The position numbers and the translations under genes were made by a program. Below, one piece after another: positions 49,709-59,752 of a stretch of DNA of 64,000 nucleotides. The stretch lies in contig CBDDTI010000745.1 of assembly GCA_965233585.1 (NCBI GenBank), positions 160,001 to 224,000 on the forward strand. The letters are read 5' to 3'. The first letter of the stretch is position 1, and each line of letters begins with the position of its first letter. The notes under the pieces were generated by a model. The model was not told the origin of the DNA. It worked only from the letters and a program-made list of their open reading frames with translations, and ran no database searches. The stretch is from a bacterium (GTDB lineage Bacteria; SAR324; NAC60-12).

Positions 49709-50679
49709 TTTTTATGCTGTTGCTTCTTTTTTTTACAATCCATTTTTGGAAATTGGTTTAATGCTCTTGATATATCTATACTTTGAACTATTTCGTAGGG
49801 CTTAACAAACATACTATCCTCAATTTTTTCTATATGAGACTGAAGGTAATCGTTTAGAGAAGGATCATTATCTACTAAAATTGAATTCCTACCTACTTCA
49901 ATACAAACTCTTCCAGTTGTTCCTGAACCAGCAAAAAAATCAAGAACCAATGAACCAGGGTACGAAAGACTTAGAACAAATCTACGTATAATTTCTATCG
50001 GTTTTTGTGTAGGGTGTCCTACTCGCTCCTTTGAATTGCCATTAAGCCTGCCAATTTCCCAAACATTGGTTGGGTTCTTCCCCTTATCTATGGTTTTAGA
50101 ATTTAATCTTTTGTCTTTTTTATACATTTTTTTTGTTTTTTCATCATATGGCTCTCTTACTGAGTCAAGATCAAAATAGTACTTATTTGTTTTTGAAAGC
50201 CAAACAGCTTCTTCATGTCTATTTGCAAAAAACCTGTGTGCGCTCATTCCATTTCGGTAATACCATATGACCAGATTGACGAAACGTAACTTAGTTGAGT
50301 GTCTTGTATAATGTAGTATTTCCAAAAGGTCTCCTTTTTTGAGGTCTTGGTATTGGAAACCCCCAAAAATAACACAATTTCCAGAAGGTGCTAAAACTCT
50401 ATAAATTTCATCAAGCCAAAGTTTCGCCCATTCTAAATAATTGTTAAAAGTATCCCAATAATCTAAATTTAAATTATAAGGGGGATCAACCAATATCAAT
50501 TGAATCGTATTATTAGGAATACTTTTTAATGCCTCAACGGCATCTTGAATTAAAACTGTGTGGATGGTCTTTTCAGTATCATAGATAGGCAAATCCATAT
50601 TAGAGCTATGACTTACACCATTTTTCCTTTGACTATTGATTGCAATATGTCCTTTATTAAAATGTGATTTGTTTGGCAT
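49705..50679 (-). CDS. Adenine-N6 DNA methyltransferase, beta class (M.RsrI-like)
   Basis: DPPY, GMSAHRFFANRHEE, RLNGNSKERVGHPTQKP, DFFAGSG. Confidence 0.9.
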   Translation of the reverse strand: MPNKSHFNKGHIAINSQRKNGVSHSSNMDLPIYDTEKTIHTVLIQDAVEALKSIPNNTIQLILVDPPYNLNLDYWDTFNNYLEWAKLWLDEIYRVLAPSGNCVIFGGFQYQDLKKGDLLEILHYTRHSTKLRFVNLVIWYYRNGMSAHRFFANRHEEAVWLSKTNKYYFDLDSVREPYDEKTKKMYKKDKRLNSKTIDKGKNPTNVWEIGRLNGNSKERVGHPTQKPIEIIRRFVLSLSYPGSLVLDFFAGSGTTGRVCIEVGRNSILVDNDPSLNDYLQSHIEKIEDSMFVKPYEIVQSIDISRALNQFPKMDCKKKKQQHKK

Positions 50680-50691
50680 GATTTTGTTTTC

Positions 50692-50901
50692 TTATTCTTG
50701 AACAGTTTTCACTACATTTAAGCGAATTTTTTTGTTATCACTTTCTAAAAAATCTTGTAACCAACTATCATCAAAATCTTTAGGTAAATATCCAAGATTT
50801 TCAAGAATAAAAATGACACTTTGGTCATCTTTTTTTGATTCAACAAATCTTTTTAAATCTCCAGTGTTTTTTAATTCTGAAACAGACTTTTTTGTCAGCA
50901 T
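50692..50901 (-). pseudogene. Truncated duplicate of the 5' end of the HEAT-MTase gene
   Basis: First ~66 codons nearly identical to those of 47445-48824, then a stop. Confidence 0.9.
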
Positions 50902-50938
50902 TTTAGAATGATTGAAGGCGTTTTCTGAGAACTTTTTT
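50701..50938. repeat. 238-bp direct repeat, copy B
   Basis: Partner of 48624-48861. Confidence 0.93.
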
Positions 50939-51094
50939 GGGAGTCAATTAATCCTCTTTGCAGTGAGACTTTTCAAACTCACACAAAGCGGTTGATAACC
51001 AACGGTTTTGCAAATGGTTTTTGCAAGAAGGAAGGTAAAACTTTTTGGCAGCTTGAAGCAAATCAAGATGCGTCAACAACAAGCGTCAGCAAAG

Positions 51095-51193
51095 TCATCT
51101 CTTCTTGCCTCTACCTGAATAAAGCGATATGCAAAGAGGAATGAAACCAACCAGAACGATTGTAGCGACTGTGAGAAAAAAATCTAATGACAT
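51095..51193 (-). CDS. Candidate 32-aa single-TM small protein
   Basis: Hand translation MSLDFFLTVATIVLVGFIPLCISLYSGRGKKR*; starts 20 nt after the helicase stop. Confidence 0.4.
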   Translation of the reverse strand: MSLDFFLTVATIVLVGFIPLCISLYSGRGKKR

Positions 51194-51212
51194 GTTTCAA
51201 AAATAAAAAGAA

Positions 51213-53198
51213 TTAACCCAAGTATTCTAAAGCATCTTCGTCTAACAAACAAGAAGACTGGTCGTGCCAGCAAAGCATGTCTCTGGGTAGTTCTTCTAAA
51301 AATAAAGAATGCCCCGCCTCTTCTAAGGAACTACGCTGATAGGGTGGCATGAAAGGAGACGTCAAAGTCAAATGTTGTTTTGCCCGCGTGATTGCCACAT
51401 AAAAAAGCCTACGTTCCTCTTCTAAACCTTCGTCAAACTCCAAACACCTCTGATGCGGAAAAAGCCCCCTCGTCAAGCCCATCACTATCACGCTGTGCCA
51501 TTCCAAACCTTTGGCTTGATGAATCGTTGTCAAGACGACACGCCCCCCAATCTTTTCTCCTTCATTTTTCTTTTTGTGGTATGAACCAACAAGCGACATC
51601 TGGTCTAAAAACTGTTGTTTAGAGGTGAATTGTTTGACAAAGTCAGACAGATAAAAAAGATCTGCTTCTCTCTGGTCTGGGTTGTCAAAACTTTTCATCA
51701 AGTAGTCTCCATAAAATGTCTCATAAGTCAGCTCAACAACTTCACTGAGAAGCAAGTCTGGAGGAGTGATTTGAGCAAAACAATTTTGCAACTTATCCCA
51801 AATTTCTTTTGCTTTTTTGGGAATTTTAGAGGAAAGGTCTTTGTTACTTTCAGTGAAGCGGATCGCTTGTTGACGGGCAAAAACTTGGAATATCTTCTCT
51901 GCTGTCTTTTGACCAATGCCTGGCACCATTTCTAAAATCCTTCTCCATGCAATCTCATCAAGGGGATTCACCAACACACGAACAAAGGCAATCATGTCTC
52001 GGATATGAGCTTGCTCAAAAAAAGAAGTTCCAGAACGGACTTCAAAAGGAATCTTGAAACGTTCCAATTCCAACTGCAAAGTGCTAGATTGCAAATGCGT
52101 TCTATACAAGACGCTCATTTGGTCTAACGCCACACCTTCGCTTTGTTTTCTCAAAATCTGCTCAACAATGATTTGTGCCTCCTCTTGTGTTGAAAAGACT
52201 TGATAAACTTCAGGCATTGTGCCGTCAGGAAGTGTAGAGTAAAGAGTTTTTTCAAACTGCGACGTGTTATGAGCAATACAAGCATTGGCTAATTGCAGAA
52301 TTTGGGGCGTACTGCGATAGTTATGCTCCAAATAATAGACTAGTGCCATTTGATACTTTTTAGGGAAGTCCAAAATATTCTTCACCCTTGCACCACGCCA
52401 TGAATAAATAGATTGAGCATCATCACCAACGACCATCAATTTTTGAGAGTTTTGACACAGTGCATCTAAAATCTCAGATTGCACAGAATTGGTGTCTTGA
52501 TATTCATCAACCAAGATGTATTCAATCCCATGTGTCATGCCTTCAAACCGCAGAAGTAAATCAAGCCAATTTTCCAACAAATCGTCAAATCCCATCAGAT
52601 GCCCCTCTTTCTTTTTTTGACGAAAAGACAGAAAAATCTGAAGCAATTCATCTGTCCATTCCATCAAATGAGAGAATCTTTGATAAATCGTTTCTTCAAG
52701 TTCAAAAATCCTTCGTGAATAATTGGTTTCAAGGATTTTTTCACGACATGCGTATAAATTGAATGAGAGAGAAAATAAACTTTGAATCACTGATTTTTTA
52801 GGCAGCCTCTTCTTGACTGAAACATCAGACACCACTTCTGCCATCGCTGTTGCAATCAATGCTGACTCATCTGATGTGTCCAAAATTGTAAAATTGCTCT
52901 CGTAGCCAATTTTAGAAGCATGGCGTCTCAAAAAACGATTGGCAACACTGTGAAATGTGCCATGCACAATCGCACAAGGTTGTTTCAATTCTCTCATCAC
53001 ACGTTCTGCCATTTCATTTGCCGCTTTGTTGGTGAAGGTCAACATCATAATAGAGGACGGAGGCACCCCAGATTTGACCAGTTGTGCCACCCGATGAGTG
53101 ATGACACGTGTCTTACCACTGCCAGCCCCTGCGATGACAAGTGCGGGTTGTTTCCTATGTAAAACGACTTGTTGCTGTTGAGGGTTCAGTTGATTCAC
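51213..53198 (-). CDS. UvrD/PcrA/Rep family ATP-dependent DNA helicase
   Basis: AGAGSGKT, VDEYQD, VGDDAQSIYSWRGA, TIHQAKGLEW, EEERRLFYVAITRA. Confidence 0.95.
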   Translation of the reverse strand: MNQLNPQQQQVVLHRKQPALVIAGAGSGKTRVITHRVAQLVKSGVPPSSIMMLTFTNKAANEMAERVMRELKQPCAIVHGTFHSVANRFLRRHASKIGYESNFTILDTSDESALIATAMAEVVSDVSVKKRLPKKSVIQSLFSLSFNLYACREKILETNYSRRIFELEETIYQRFSHLMEWTDELLQIFLSFRQKKKEGHLMGFDDLLENWLDLLLRFEGMTHGIEYILVDEYQDTNSVQSEILDALCQNSQKLMVVGDDAQSIYSWRGARVKNILDFPKKYQMALVYYLEHNYRSTPQILQLANACIAHNTSQFEKTLYSTLPDGTMPEVYQVFSTQEEAQIIVEQILRKQSEGVALDQMSVLYRTHLQSSTLQLELERFKIPFEVRSGTSFFEQAHIRDMIAFVRVLVNPLDEIAWRRILEMVPGIGQKTAEKIFQVFARQQAIRFTESNKDLSSKIPKKAKEIWDKLQNCFAQITPPDLLLSEVVELTYETFYGDYLMKSFDNPDQREADLFYLSDFVKQFTSKQQFLDQMSLVGSYHKKKNEGEKIGGRVVLTTIHQAKGLEWHSVIVMGLTRGLFPHQRCLEFDEGLEEERRLFYVAITRAKQHLTLTSPFMPPYQRSSLEEAGHSLFLEELPRDMLCWHDQSSCLLDEDALEYLG

Positions 53199-53578
53199 TT
53201 GCTTAGATCATTTTGCTTGAATGTTGATTGAAAAGTCTTTTTTAGGTGGGTTGAGCCAAATTGATGACAAGGAACATATTATAACTGGAGAAACTTACGG
53301 AAACCAATCATTAATAAAACGATTGAACACTTCTTTGGTAGGCTGATTAGCCAAATGCGTTACAATGTATTTTTAATAAAAATATAAATTATTAGTCATT
53401 TTATTTAAAAAATTGTTTTAAATAAAATTTTTTGACTGCAAAAAAAATTTAGACCACACTCAAATTTTTTCGGAAAATTACATATTATTCTTGACAAGTT
53501 ATTCCTTTCAAATACAATATTGATTTGCATATTTTGAAGAGATGTATTGACTAAATATTTTTATCAAGGAGCTTAAAA

Positions 53579-54586
53579 ATGAACTTTATCAAATCAAAAA
53601 AAACCTTTTCTTTGACTCTTAAAAAAGCATTACTGACAGCTTTTGCAATTCCTTTGGCAAGCAATCTTTTTGGTGCAAAGCTAGAGTCCCTAAAGTTATA
53701 CATCCCACCTGTGGGGGTAGGGTTGTTGATGGTGGATGCAGCACAAGATGCCAGTTTGAAAAAATATGCAAAATCGGTGGAGGTCATTCGTTGGAACACT
53801 CCTGACCAGCTGCGGGCAGGCATGCTTGATGGTTCTATTGACATCACTTTTGTACCAAGTTATGTCGGTGCAAATTTCTACAACAAAGGAGTTCAATTTA
53901 AATTGATGAACATCATTACCGGTGGGATTCTCTATGTCATCAGCACAAATCCTAGCATCAAATCTATTGAAGATTTGCAAGGGGAGACAGTGTTAGTGCC
54001 TTTCCAAAATGATATGCCAGACCTTGTTTTACAAAGCATGTTACAAAAATTAGACTTAGAAATTGGCTCTGATGTCAAAATCAAATATGCTCCAACTCCA
54101 ACAGTGGCAGTGAAGATGGCGGTTTCAGGACAAGCAGAAACTTTACTCATTCCAGAAGTTGCGGCAACTAAGATCCAGTTGGTGGCTAAACAGAAACAAG
54201 GCATCACCTTTCACAGAAGCATCAATCTCACCGAAGAATACGGACGTCTTTTTTCTACTACAAACTTTATTCCTCAAGCGGGCGTTGCAGTCCGAGAAAC
54301 TTTTGCAAATCAAAATCCACAACTCATCTCAGCACTACAAAAAGCGATGGAACAATCGGCAAAAGTTTTGATGAAAGACAACAAACGAGTCGTTCAAATG
54401 ACTGAAACTGTCTGGAAGGGACAAGGTCAAGTTTTTGTTAAGTCGCTCCCTTATTGGAATATCAATGTGCAACCTGCGGCTGAAGTGCAGACTGATATTG
54501 AAGAATTTTATCAAATCATGCACAAACTTAACCCCGCGATCATTGGTGGGAAACTTCCTCCTGATGAATTTTACATGAAACTGTAA
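53579..54586 (+). CDS. NitT/TauT-type ABC substrate-binding protein
   Basis: N-terminal signal; IKSIEDLQG, DMPDLV, IGGKLPPDEFY; AAGGAG RBS. Confidence 0.82.
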   Translation: MNFIKSKKTFSLTLKKALLTAFAIPLASNLFGAKLESLKLYIPPVGVGLLMVDAAQDASLKKYAKSVEVIRWNTPDQLRAGMLDGSIDITFVPSYVGANFYNKGVQFKLMNIITGGILYVISTNPSIKSIEDLQGETVLVPFQNDMPDLVLQSMLQKLDLEIGSDVKIKYAPTPTVAVKMAVSGQAETLLIPEVAATKIQLVAKQKQGITFHRSINLTEEYGRLFSTTNFIPQAGVAVRETFANQNPQLISALQKAMEQSAKVLMKDNKRVVQMTETVWKGQGQVFVKSLPYWNINVQPAAEVQTDIEEFYQIMHKLNPAIIGGKLPPDEFYMKL

Positions 54587-54593
54587 CCCAAGA

Positions 54594-55334
54594 GTGCAAA
54601 AGACCGCATTACAATGGCTAGGTTTAGGGTGTGTGGTTGCGTTGTGGCATTGGCTCAGTTCACTCTACCCGAGTATCATTATTCCTTCCATCGCAGAAAC
54701 GTTAGACCGCTTATACCTCATTTTGTTTGAAGAAAACGGAGGTCAACATATCTGGATGACAGTACAACGTGCAGTCGTTGGATTTTTAGCATCGGTCAGC
54801 TTTGGAATTGGCATTGGTTTAATCGCAGGACTCAACAAGCAGGTTCGCTATTTTATGACACCATTGGAGCAGTTGATGCTCAGCATTCCTCCAATCGCAT
54901 GGATTGTGTTAGCTCTGATTTGGTTTGGGGGTGAAGGCATCACAAGCCCTGCCTTGACGATTTTCGTTTCGCAGTTCCCCGTGGTTTATCTTTCAGCCAC
55001 TCAAGCCGTTCGTACGATTGATGCTCAACTGCTTGAAATGGGACGCAGTTTTAATCTAAGCCCCATTGAAGCCCTGATTCAAATCGGAGGAGGACACATT
55101 CTTTCTTATACCTACCCTGCCATCACATTGACCTTTGGTACAAGTTGGAAGGTTGGAGTGATGGCAGAAGTACTAGGAGCAAACAATGGCATTGGCGCCC
55201 AAATTGCCAATGCAAGAGTCAACCTAGAAACTGCTGATGTCTTTGGCTGGATCATCATTGCTGTTGGTTTATACATGATTTGTGACAAAATTTTGATCCG
55301 CCCTATCAACACCTACAACATGAAATGGCGATGA
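54594..55334 (+). CDS. NitT/TauT-type ABC permease
   Basis: SIPPIAWIVLALIWFG, LLEMGRSF, WKVGVMAEVLG..NGIG. Confidence 0.9.
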   Translation: MQKTALQWLGLGCVVALWHWLSSLYPSIIIPSIAETLDRLYLILFEENGGQHIWMTVQRAVVGFLASVSFGIGIGLIAGLNKQVRYFMTPLEQLMLSIPPIAWIVLALIWFGGEGITSPALTIFVSQFPVVYLSATQAVRTIDAQLLEMGRSFNLSPIEALIQIGGGHILSYTYPAITLTFGTSWKVGVMAEVLGANNGIGAQIANARVNLETADVFGWIIIAVGLYMICDKILIRPINTYNMKWR

Positions 55335-57058
55335 CACTCACTTTTTCTAACATTCATTTTGCCTATCCCAATCAGTCTGCTCTGTTCAATGGTCTTTCTG
55401 TGAGTCTTGAAGCAGGTCAGGTGACAACATTGATGGGTCGTTCTGGCTGTGGAAAGTCCACCCTTTTAAATATTATGAATGGCATATTCAAACCAATTTC
55501 AGGAAGGATAGACACGGGGGGCAAAATTTGCGCCACCATTTTTCAAAATCAGCGATTGATTCCTTGGCTAACCATTGGTCAAAATATTGCGTTTGGTGCA
55601 AAATCTTTGAAAATCAAAGTCTCTGCTGAAGAAATTTCTTCAACCTTACTCAATGTCGGACTGCCTGAATCTATCCAAAATGCCTATCCCAAAATTTTAA
55701 GTGGAGGCATGGCTCAACGAGTTTCACTGGCTAGAGCTTTCATTTGCAAACCTGAAATTCTTTTTATGGACGAGCCTTTTTCCGCACTAGATCATGCCCT
55801 GAAAAATGATTTAATGAGTCGCATTGTCAAATTCATCAACCAAACTAAAGGGTACGCTTTTTTTGTCACTCACGACCTGCATGAAGCCTGTCAAATTTCT
55901 AACGAGGTTTATGAAATGAGTGGATTCCCTGCAACACTAAAACCAGTGGAAACGATTCCTATTCCTCCACAAAAACGAGATGATGCTGTGATTGAAAAAA
56001 TTATTATCCAAATCAAAGAAAAATTTCGTAAAAGTAGAGTGCCAAACTTTACCAAATACTGCTTTGCTTCATCTGATGAGAATGTTCAAAGTTATGCTGA
56101 TGAAATGAAACGGAGGCATTGGAGAGCCGAATTTATCCAAGACGATGCCAGCTTTTCTCAAAATGAACGTCCTTTTGAGAAACGTCCGGACTTAATTATC
56201 ATTGATGGTCAACATACTGACATAGAAACTTTGCTCGCATATTGCCAAAATCAAGTCACACGTTTCATATTCATCAAAAACACACCAGCCCTTAAAAATG
56301 TCACAACCATATCAGGCACTAAAGAAAGCCTTCAGCAGTGGTGGGGCTGGGAAGAAATCTATAAAGACCTTGTTGCTGATGTCCCAAACACCAAAATAGA
56401 AGCCATCACGATTGGTCATAATTGGACTTACACCCAAACTCAGAAAAGCTCAGGATTAGCACGCACGCCCAGCAGAGACACTCAAGGTGGTCGCACTGTC
56501 AAAGATGCAGGAACACTTCATCAAAAAACCTTACGACAGCTCGCAGAATATCTTTTTTCTGACGATGATTTAGAACGTTCCATCGGAATTTCTGCAGTCA
56601 ATGCCTACTACAACAGCATTGCCAAAGGACATACAGAAGAACACTACTGGGGGTTTAGACCATTTCGTGAGTGTGTTGGCTCTAAGGTAACGATTGGACA
56701 CTTTCCGCCTGCAACAAAAATTCTGCCAGATGTCAAAGTGATTGAAAGAGAGCCAAAGGAAGGACATTACACAACAGAAGAAGGTGAGGATTTAATCCCC
56801 AATGCTGACCACCTCATCATCACAGCACAAACTTTGATGAATGGCTCACTGCCACGCATTTTATTTCTGGCACAAGGGGCAAACATCATGTTGCTTGGAC
56901 CGACAACTCCACTTGCTCCTATCTGGAAAAAATATGGCGTCCGCTTTGCTTGTGGTATCATTCCAACACACCAGCAAAACATGCTCAATTTTATCTCACA
57001 AGCAGGCACAATGCTGATCCTTGATGAACAAGCACAGAAAATGACGATTGAGTACTAA
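55325..57058 (+). CDS. ABC ATPase fused to a DUF4213/DUF364-like domain
   Basis: GRSGCGKST, LSGGMAQR, MDEPFSALD; C-terminal ERSIGISAVNA, IGHFP, VIER.P, ITAQTLMNGSL, LLGPTTPL. Confidence 0.85.
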   Translation: MAMTLTFSNIHFAYPNQSALFNGLSVSLEAGQVTTLMGRSGCGKSTLLNIMNGIFKPISGRIDTGGKICATIFQNQRLIPWLTIGQNIAFGAKSLKIKVSAEEISSTLLNVGLPESIQNAYPKILSGGMAQRVSLARAFICKPEILFMDEPFSALDHALKNDLMSRIVKFINQTKGYAFFVTHDLHEACQISNEVYEMSGFPATLKPVETIPIPPQKRDDAVIEKIIIQIKEKFRKSRVPNFTKYCFASSDENVQSYADEMKRRHWRAEFIQDDASFSQNERPFEKRPDLIIIDGQHTDIETLLAYCQNQVTRFIFIKNTPALKNVTTISGTKESLQQWWGWEEIYKDLVADVPNTKIEAITIGHNWTYTQTQKSSGLARTPSRDTQGGRTVKDAGTLHQKTLRQLAEYLFSDDDLERSIGISAVNAYYNSIAKGHTEEHYWGFRPFRECVGSKVTIGHFPPATKILPDVKVIEREPKEGHYTTEEGEDLIPNADHLIITAQTLMNGSLPRILFLAQGANIMLLGPTTPLAPIWKKYGVRFACGIIPTHQQNMLNFISQAGTMLILDEQAQKMTIEY

Positions 57059-57218
57059 ATCATTCTTGAATAGCTTTTTTGAAACCAGCATCCAAAAGTG
57101 ATACGGGTTTTAAAGAAACCAAGATGAGTTTTAGCTTTGACGTCAAAACTCACAGAGTAGCAAGCATGATTTGATTTTTTGCATCATCTGTATTTTTCTC
57201 AAATTTTACAAAAAGTGC

Positions 57219-57247
57219 TTGCATTTCATTTTTGACTCAGCTACAAT
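57219..57247 (+). promoter_or_regulatory. Sigma70-type promoter TTGCAT-N17-TACAAT (second copy)
   Basis: Identical to the reverse complement of 7391-7419. Confidence 0.75.
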
Positions 57248-57300
57248 CTCCTACTTCTTTTCTTGCTATTTAAGATGATGGTCTCAAGTAGCATCTTTTT

Positions 57301-59140
57301 ATGAACCTAAAAAATGTGATCTCATGCAAAATTTATCCGCAATCCGCAAAGTTTTTTCACCTCATTAAATCTTACTTCTCCAAACTCTTTCTCATTCCTC
57401 TTTCAATCGTTTTTGTTCTTTCTGCTTGTGCAGAAGATGATCAATCTGGTGACAATAAAGATGAGGATACCAGAGACTTTAACTTGGAGGACGGAAGGTT
57501 CAAACTGACCAAGATAGAGATTAGTGGTGGTACTTTTGAGCTGAATAAGGGTAGCAATTTCGGCATTGAGGTTAGATTGGGAAACAAAGTCTGCTTTTAA
57601 CTTCAAGTATGTCGGAAGAGGGTCATTCAATGCTGCTGATGGCACAACTCTGTCCATGTCTTGTAACCCCGATGTCACTGGCAAGCTGCAGTGGAAGAAA
57701 ATCAATAGTGATGGCATCGTAGAAGAAGCCATTTCAGAAAAAACCTTCTTTTTGCGAGACTGTCCTGTGGGTGCTGCTGATGTATTCAGACCTGAGGTAC
57801 AAGAATCAATCAAGATTATTACCGAAGGCATTGACGATGGATTCCTTGTGGAAATCAAAAATGACGGAGAACAAAACGTTCTCTATTTTGAGAATACGAC
57901 TCTCATACCTTTTCCAGCAAACGCAACAATCAAACTCTACTTCTCTAAAAAGGAAAACAAAGATGAGGACAAAGGAGATGCACCGCTCTCCAAAAAATGG
58001 TCTAAATTGCTTGGTACTAGCAGTGATGATCTTGCATATGGAGTAAGTGTAGATTCTTCAGGAAACGTTTACATGACAGGAGGCTATAGAGGAACTTTAG
58101 ATGATGGATTCTTTTCAAATTATGAGACATTTTTAGTTAGGTATAACAGTTCGGGTAACGAACAGTGGCGGTGGACTTTGGGAAAAAATATAGGAGCTGG
58201 AGTGAGTGTGGATTCTGCAGGAAATGTCTACGTCACAGGAGCCAAAGAGGACGTTGGAGAGGATGATGAAGACGTCGTCCTGTACAAGATTAACAGTTCA
58301 GGTGACTATCAGTGGGAAAGAGTTATCGGCACTAACAGTTGGGATTATGGGACAGGAGTGAGTGTGGATTCTGCAGGAAATGTTTACGTGGCAGGATACT
58401 CTGGAGGAGATTTTGATGGACACATCAATTCAGGAGGGTATGACATGTTTTTAATCAAGTATGACAGTTCAGGCAACAAGAAGTGGTCTAAATTGTTGGG
58501 GTCTGACAAGGATGACTCGGCACAAGGAGTGAGTGTGGATTCTGCAGGAAATGTCTACGTCACAGGAAGCTCCCAAGGAGACTTTGATGGACACACCAAT
58601 TTGGGAGAATATGACGTGTTTTTAGTCAAGTATGACAGTTCAGGTAACAAAAAGTGGTCTCGTCTGCTTGGCACTAGCAATAATGATTGGGGAAATGATG
58701 TGAGTGTGGATTCTGCAGGAAATGTCTACGTCACAGGACAGTTTGGACACACCAAGCAAACGGGAGGTAATATGTTTTTGACCAAGTATGACAGTTCAGG
58801 TAACAAAAAGTGGGCAAAATTGCTGGGGTCTGACAATAATGATTGGGGAGAATCAGTGAGTGTAGATTCTTCAGGAAATGTCTACGTCATAGGAAGCTCT
58901 TGGGGAAATTTTGACGGACATGCCAATTCAGGAGAACGAGACATGTTTTTGGTCAAGTATGATTCATCAGGCAACAAAAAGTGGTCTAAATTGTTTGGCT
59001 CTAGCAGTGATGATGATGCAAATGGAGTAAGTGTGGATTCTGCAGGAAATATCTACGTCACAGGAAGCTCTAAAGGAAATTTTGATGGACACGCTAGTTC
59101 AGGAAGTTGGGACATGTTTTTAGTAAAGTTTGGGCAGTAG
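57301..59140 (+). pseudogene. Lipoprotein with a C-terminal 7-bladed SBBP beta-propeller, frameshifted
   Basis: Signal LFLIPLSIVFVLSA-C (Cys 57427) in ORF 57301-57600; propeller in ORF 57566-59140 in another frame (shift between 57545 and 57597); seven VSVDSxGN(V/I)Y repeats; (ATCCGCA)2 at 57335-57348. Confidence 0.8.
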
Positions 59141-59179
59141 TACCCTTTCTTGTTCGCCTTCAAACCTTGAACTAAGTAT

Positions 59180-59204
59180 TGCTCACCTTGACCCGCAATC
59201 TCTC
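59180..59204. repeat. Partial REP/RPE-like element
   Basis: TGCTCACCTTGACCCGCAATCT is the reverse complement of 4872-4893. Confidence 0.8.
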
Positions 59205-59335
59205 TCCTTTTCCAAAAAAATGTTCTCATCCAAGATTTGGAATTTTTTGAGGAGAAAAACAATGACCGATGGAAGAATGGAAGGAAAGCTGATGAGACCG
59301 TTTTTTCGAAAAAACCATCTCATCAATGAAGGAAG

Positions 59336-59725
59336 TCATGGGGCTGGACTTTCTGACCGTTCTTGATAGTTTTTAATGGCAGCTTTGATCGCATCTTCTG
59401 CTAAGACAGAACAATGAATTTTGACAGGAGGTAACGATAATTCTTCAACAATGTCAGAGTTTTTGATAGACATTGCCTCATCAATCGTTCGTCCTTTAAT
59501 CCATTCAGAAGCAAGGCTTGAGCTTGCAATGGCAGAGCCACACCCAAAAGTTTTAAACTTGGCATCTACGATGACATCGTTTTCCACTTTAATTTGTAGT
59601 TTCATGACATCACCACAAGCAGGTGCGCCAACAAGTCCTGTGCCGATGCTTTCGTCATTTGCATCAAATGAACCCACATTTTTAGGGTTGTTGTAGTGGT
59701 CAAGTACTTTATTGCTGTATGACAT
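59336..59725 (-). CDS. iscU: Fe-S cluster scaffold IscU
   Basis: GAPACGDVM, FKTFGCGSAIASSS, LPPVKIHCSVLAEDA; AAGGAG RBS. Confidence 0.97.
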   Translation of the reverse strand: MSYSNKVLDHYNNPKNVGSFDANDESIGTGLVGAPACGDVMKLQIKVENDVIVDAKFKTFGCGSAIASSSLASEWIKGRTIDEAMSIKNSDIVEELSLPPVKIHCSVLAEDAIKAAIKNYQERSESPAP

Positions 59726-59752
59726 ATTTTTCTCCTTTAAATACAATGAAAG

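Noticed and set aside
50951..51140. Lysine riboswitch or 6S RNA
   Set aside because: GGTAGAGG is present on the minus strand, but the other lysine-riboswitch motifs and a lysine gene are absent; the branched pairing does not fit the 6S rod
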